Shown in pieces: positions 31,607 through 32,000 of a stretch of 32,000 bases of DNA; positions within the stretch are counted from its first letter, which is position 1, and every line of letters begins with the position of its first letter. Both the position numbers and the translations under genes were made by a program. The DNA comes from Candidatus Saccharimonadota bacterium (GTDB lineage Bacteria; Patescibacteriota; Gracilibacteria; UBA1369; 2-02-FULL-48-14): contig JBAZVE010000001.1 in assembly GCA_041661045.1 (NCBI GenBank), positions 120,001 to 152,000 on the forward strand, read 5' to 3'. The notes under the pieces were generated by a model. That model had not been told where the DNA came from, ran no database searches, and saw only the letters and a list, made by a program, of their open reading frames with translations.

Positions 31607-32000
31607 CTAGCTCTTCTTGTAGCTCTGGATCAGGACCCCAAGCACAATAAGCACCAGCCCGATGATTGAAGAGATGAGGATCGGCTCTCCAACAAGGAAA
31701 TGGATGAAGATTAAGGAGGCAAAGGGCGTTAAAAAGACCAAATTCGAAACCTTGGCCGTTTCCCCAATCTCTAAGGCTTTGAACCAAAAAACAAAGGCCA
31801 GGCCGTTGGTGAAGAATCCAATCCACGCCAATCCTGCCACTTGCTTCATGTCCAGGCTGGGTATCTCTGAAAAGAACAAGACACTCAAAAGAACATAAAT
31901 AAAACCAAAAAGGTAATAGTAGAACATGGAGGAGAAAACTTCGTATTTTAGTTTTTTACCAAGCACCGAAAAAAGGCCGTAAACCATGGCTCCTGAAGCC
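31607..32000 (-). CDS. EamA/DMT-family transporter, C-terminal part (5' end outside window)
   Basis: The frame stays open to the window edge (..ASGAMVYGLFSVLGKK..). EamA-like ..GLAWIGFFTNGLAFVFWFKALEIGETAKVSNLVFLTPFASLIFIHFLVGEPI.. Confidence 0.8.
   Translation of the reverse strand, partial: ASGAMVYGLFSVLGKKLKYEVFSSMFYYYLFGFIYVLLSVLFFSEIPSLDMKQVAGLAWIGFFTNGLAFVFWFKALEIGETAKVSNLVFLTPFASLIFIHFLVGEPILISSIIGLVLIVLGVLIQSYKKS

Noticed and set aside
1-32000. Alternative genetic code (UGA recoding), as in some candidate phyla
   Set aside because: Long, motif-rich ORFs (RHS, cyclase, hydrolase) are uninterrupted under the standard code, and several genes end at TGA with sensible C-termini.

Overview
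Gene-dense bacterial window read with the standard genetic code: the long ORFs are not broken by TGA. I saw no rRNA, CRISPR array, transposase or integrase. The organism cannot be named from this window. It falls into three blocks. (1) 1-13.9 kb is an accessory, antagonism-flavoured region. It holds the 3' end of a Gly/Asp-rich surface protein, a TrmB-like gene remnant, a secreted matrixin-like metalloprotease operon, an AAA/DUF4143 ATPase and an intact TrmB-family regulator. On the minus strand it holds a 1,924-aa Sec-signal SpvB/FG-GAP/RHS polymorphic toxin with a start/stop-overlapping candidate immunity gene. Downstream of that lie an orphan RHS tip cassette, which shares about 0.65 kb of core sequence with the main gene and carries a LysM-containing tip, and a visibly AT-rich string of five small, mostly membrane, proteins. 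(2) 13.9-23.8 kb holds an SLH surface protein, a CHASE2 class III nucleotide cyclase and housekeeping genes: a DUF1189-like membrane protein, rsmI, tsaB, an amidase-SpoIID fusion, trxA, rnhA and tRNA-Gly(UCC). (3) 23.8-31.6 kb starts with the last 19 nt of the tRNA duplicated 227 bp downstream, which looks like an att scar. A 7.4-kb minus-strand cluster of unclear function follows: two paralogous large helical proteins, then a tightly coupled Nudix / ArgC-like reductase / CoaB-like ligase unit, a 132-aa orphan protein and a PPDK_N-like ATP-grasp protein. This cluster has its own sigma70-like promoters and a ~31-nt upstream motif (two near-identical copies plus a degenerate third). The window ends in a partial EamA/DMT transporter gene. 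Two non-coding repeat pairs stand out. A 42-nt perfect (about 92-nt extended) leader lies upstream of both the metalloprotease and the RHS toxin, in inverted orientation 13.2 kb apart. A 50-bp perfect direct repeat carrying an extended -10 promoter lies upstream of the AAA ATPase and the cyclase. All functional calls come from motif recognition by eye; no database search was run.
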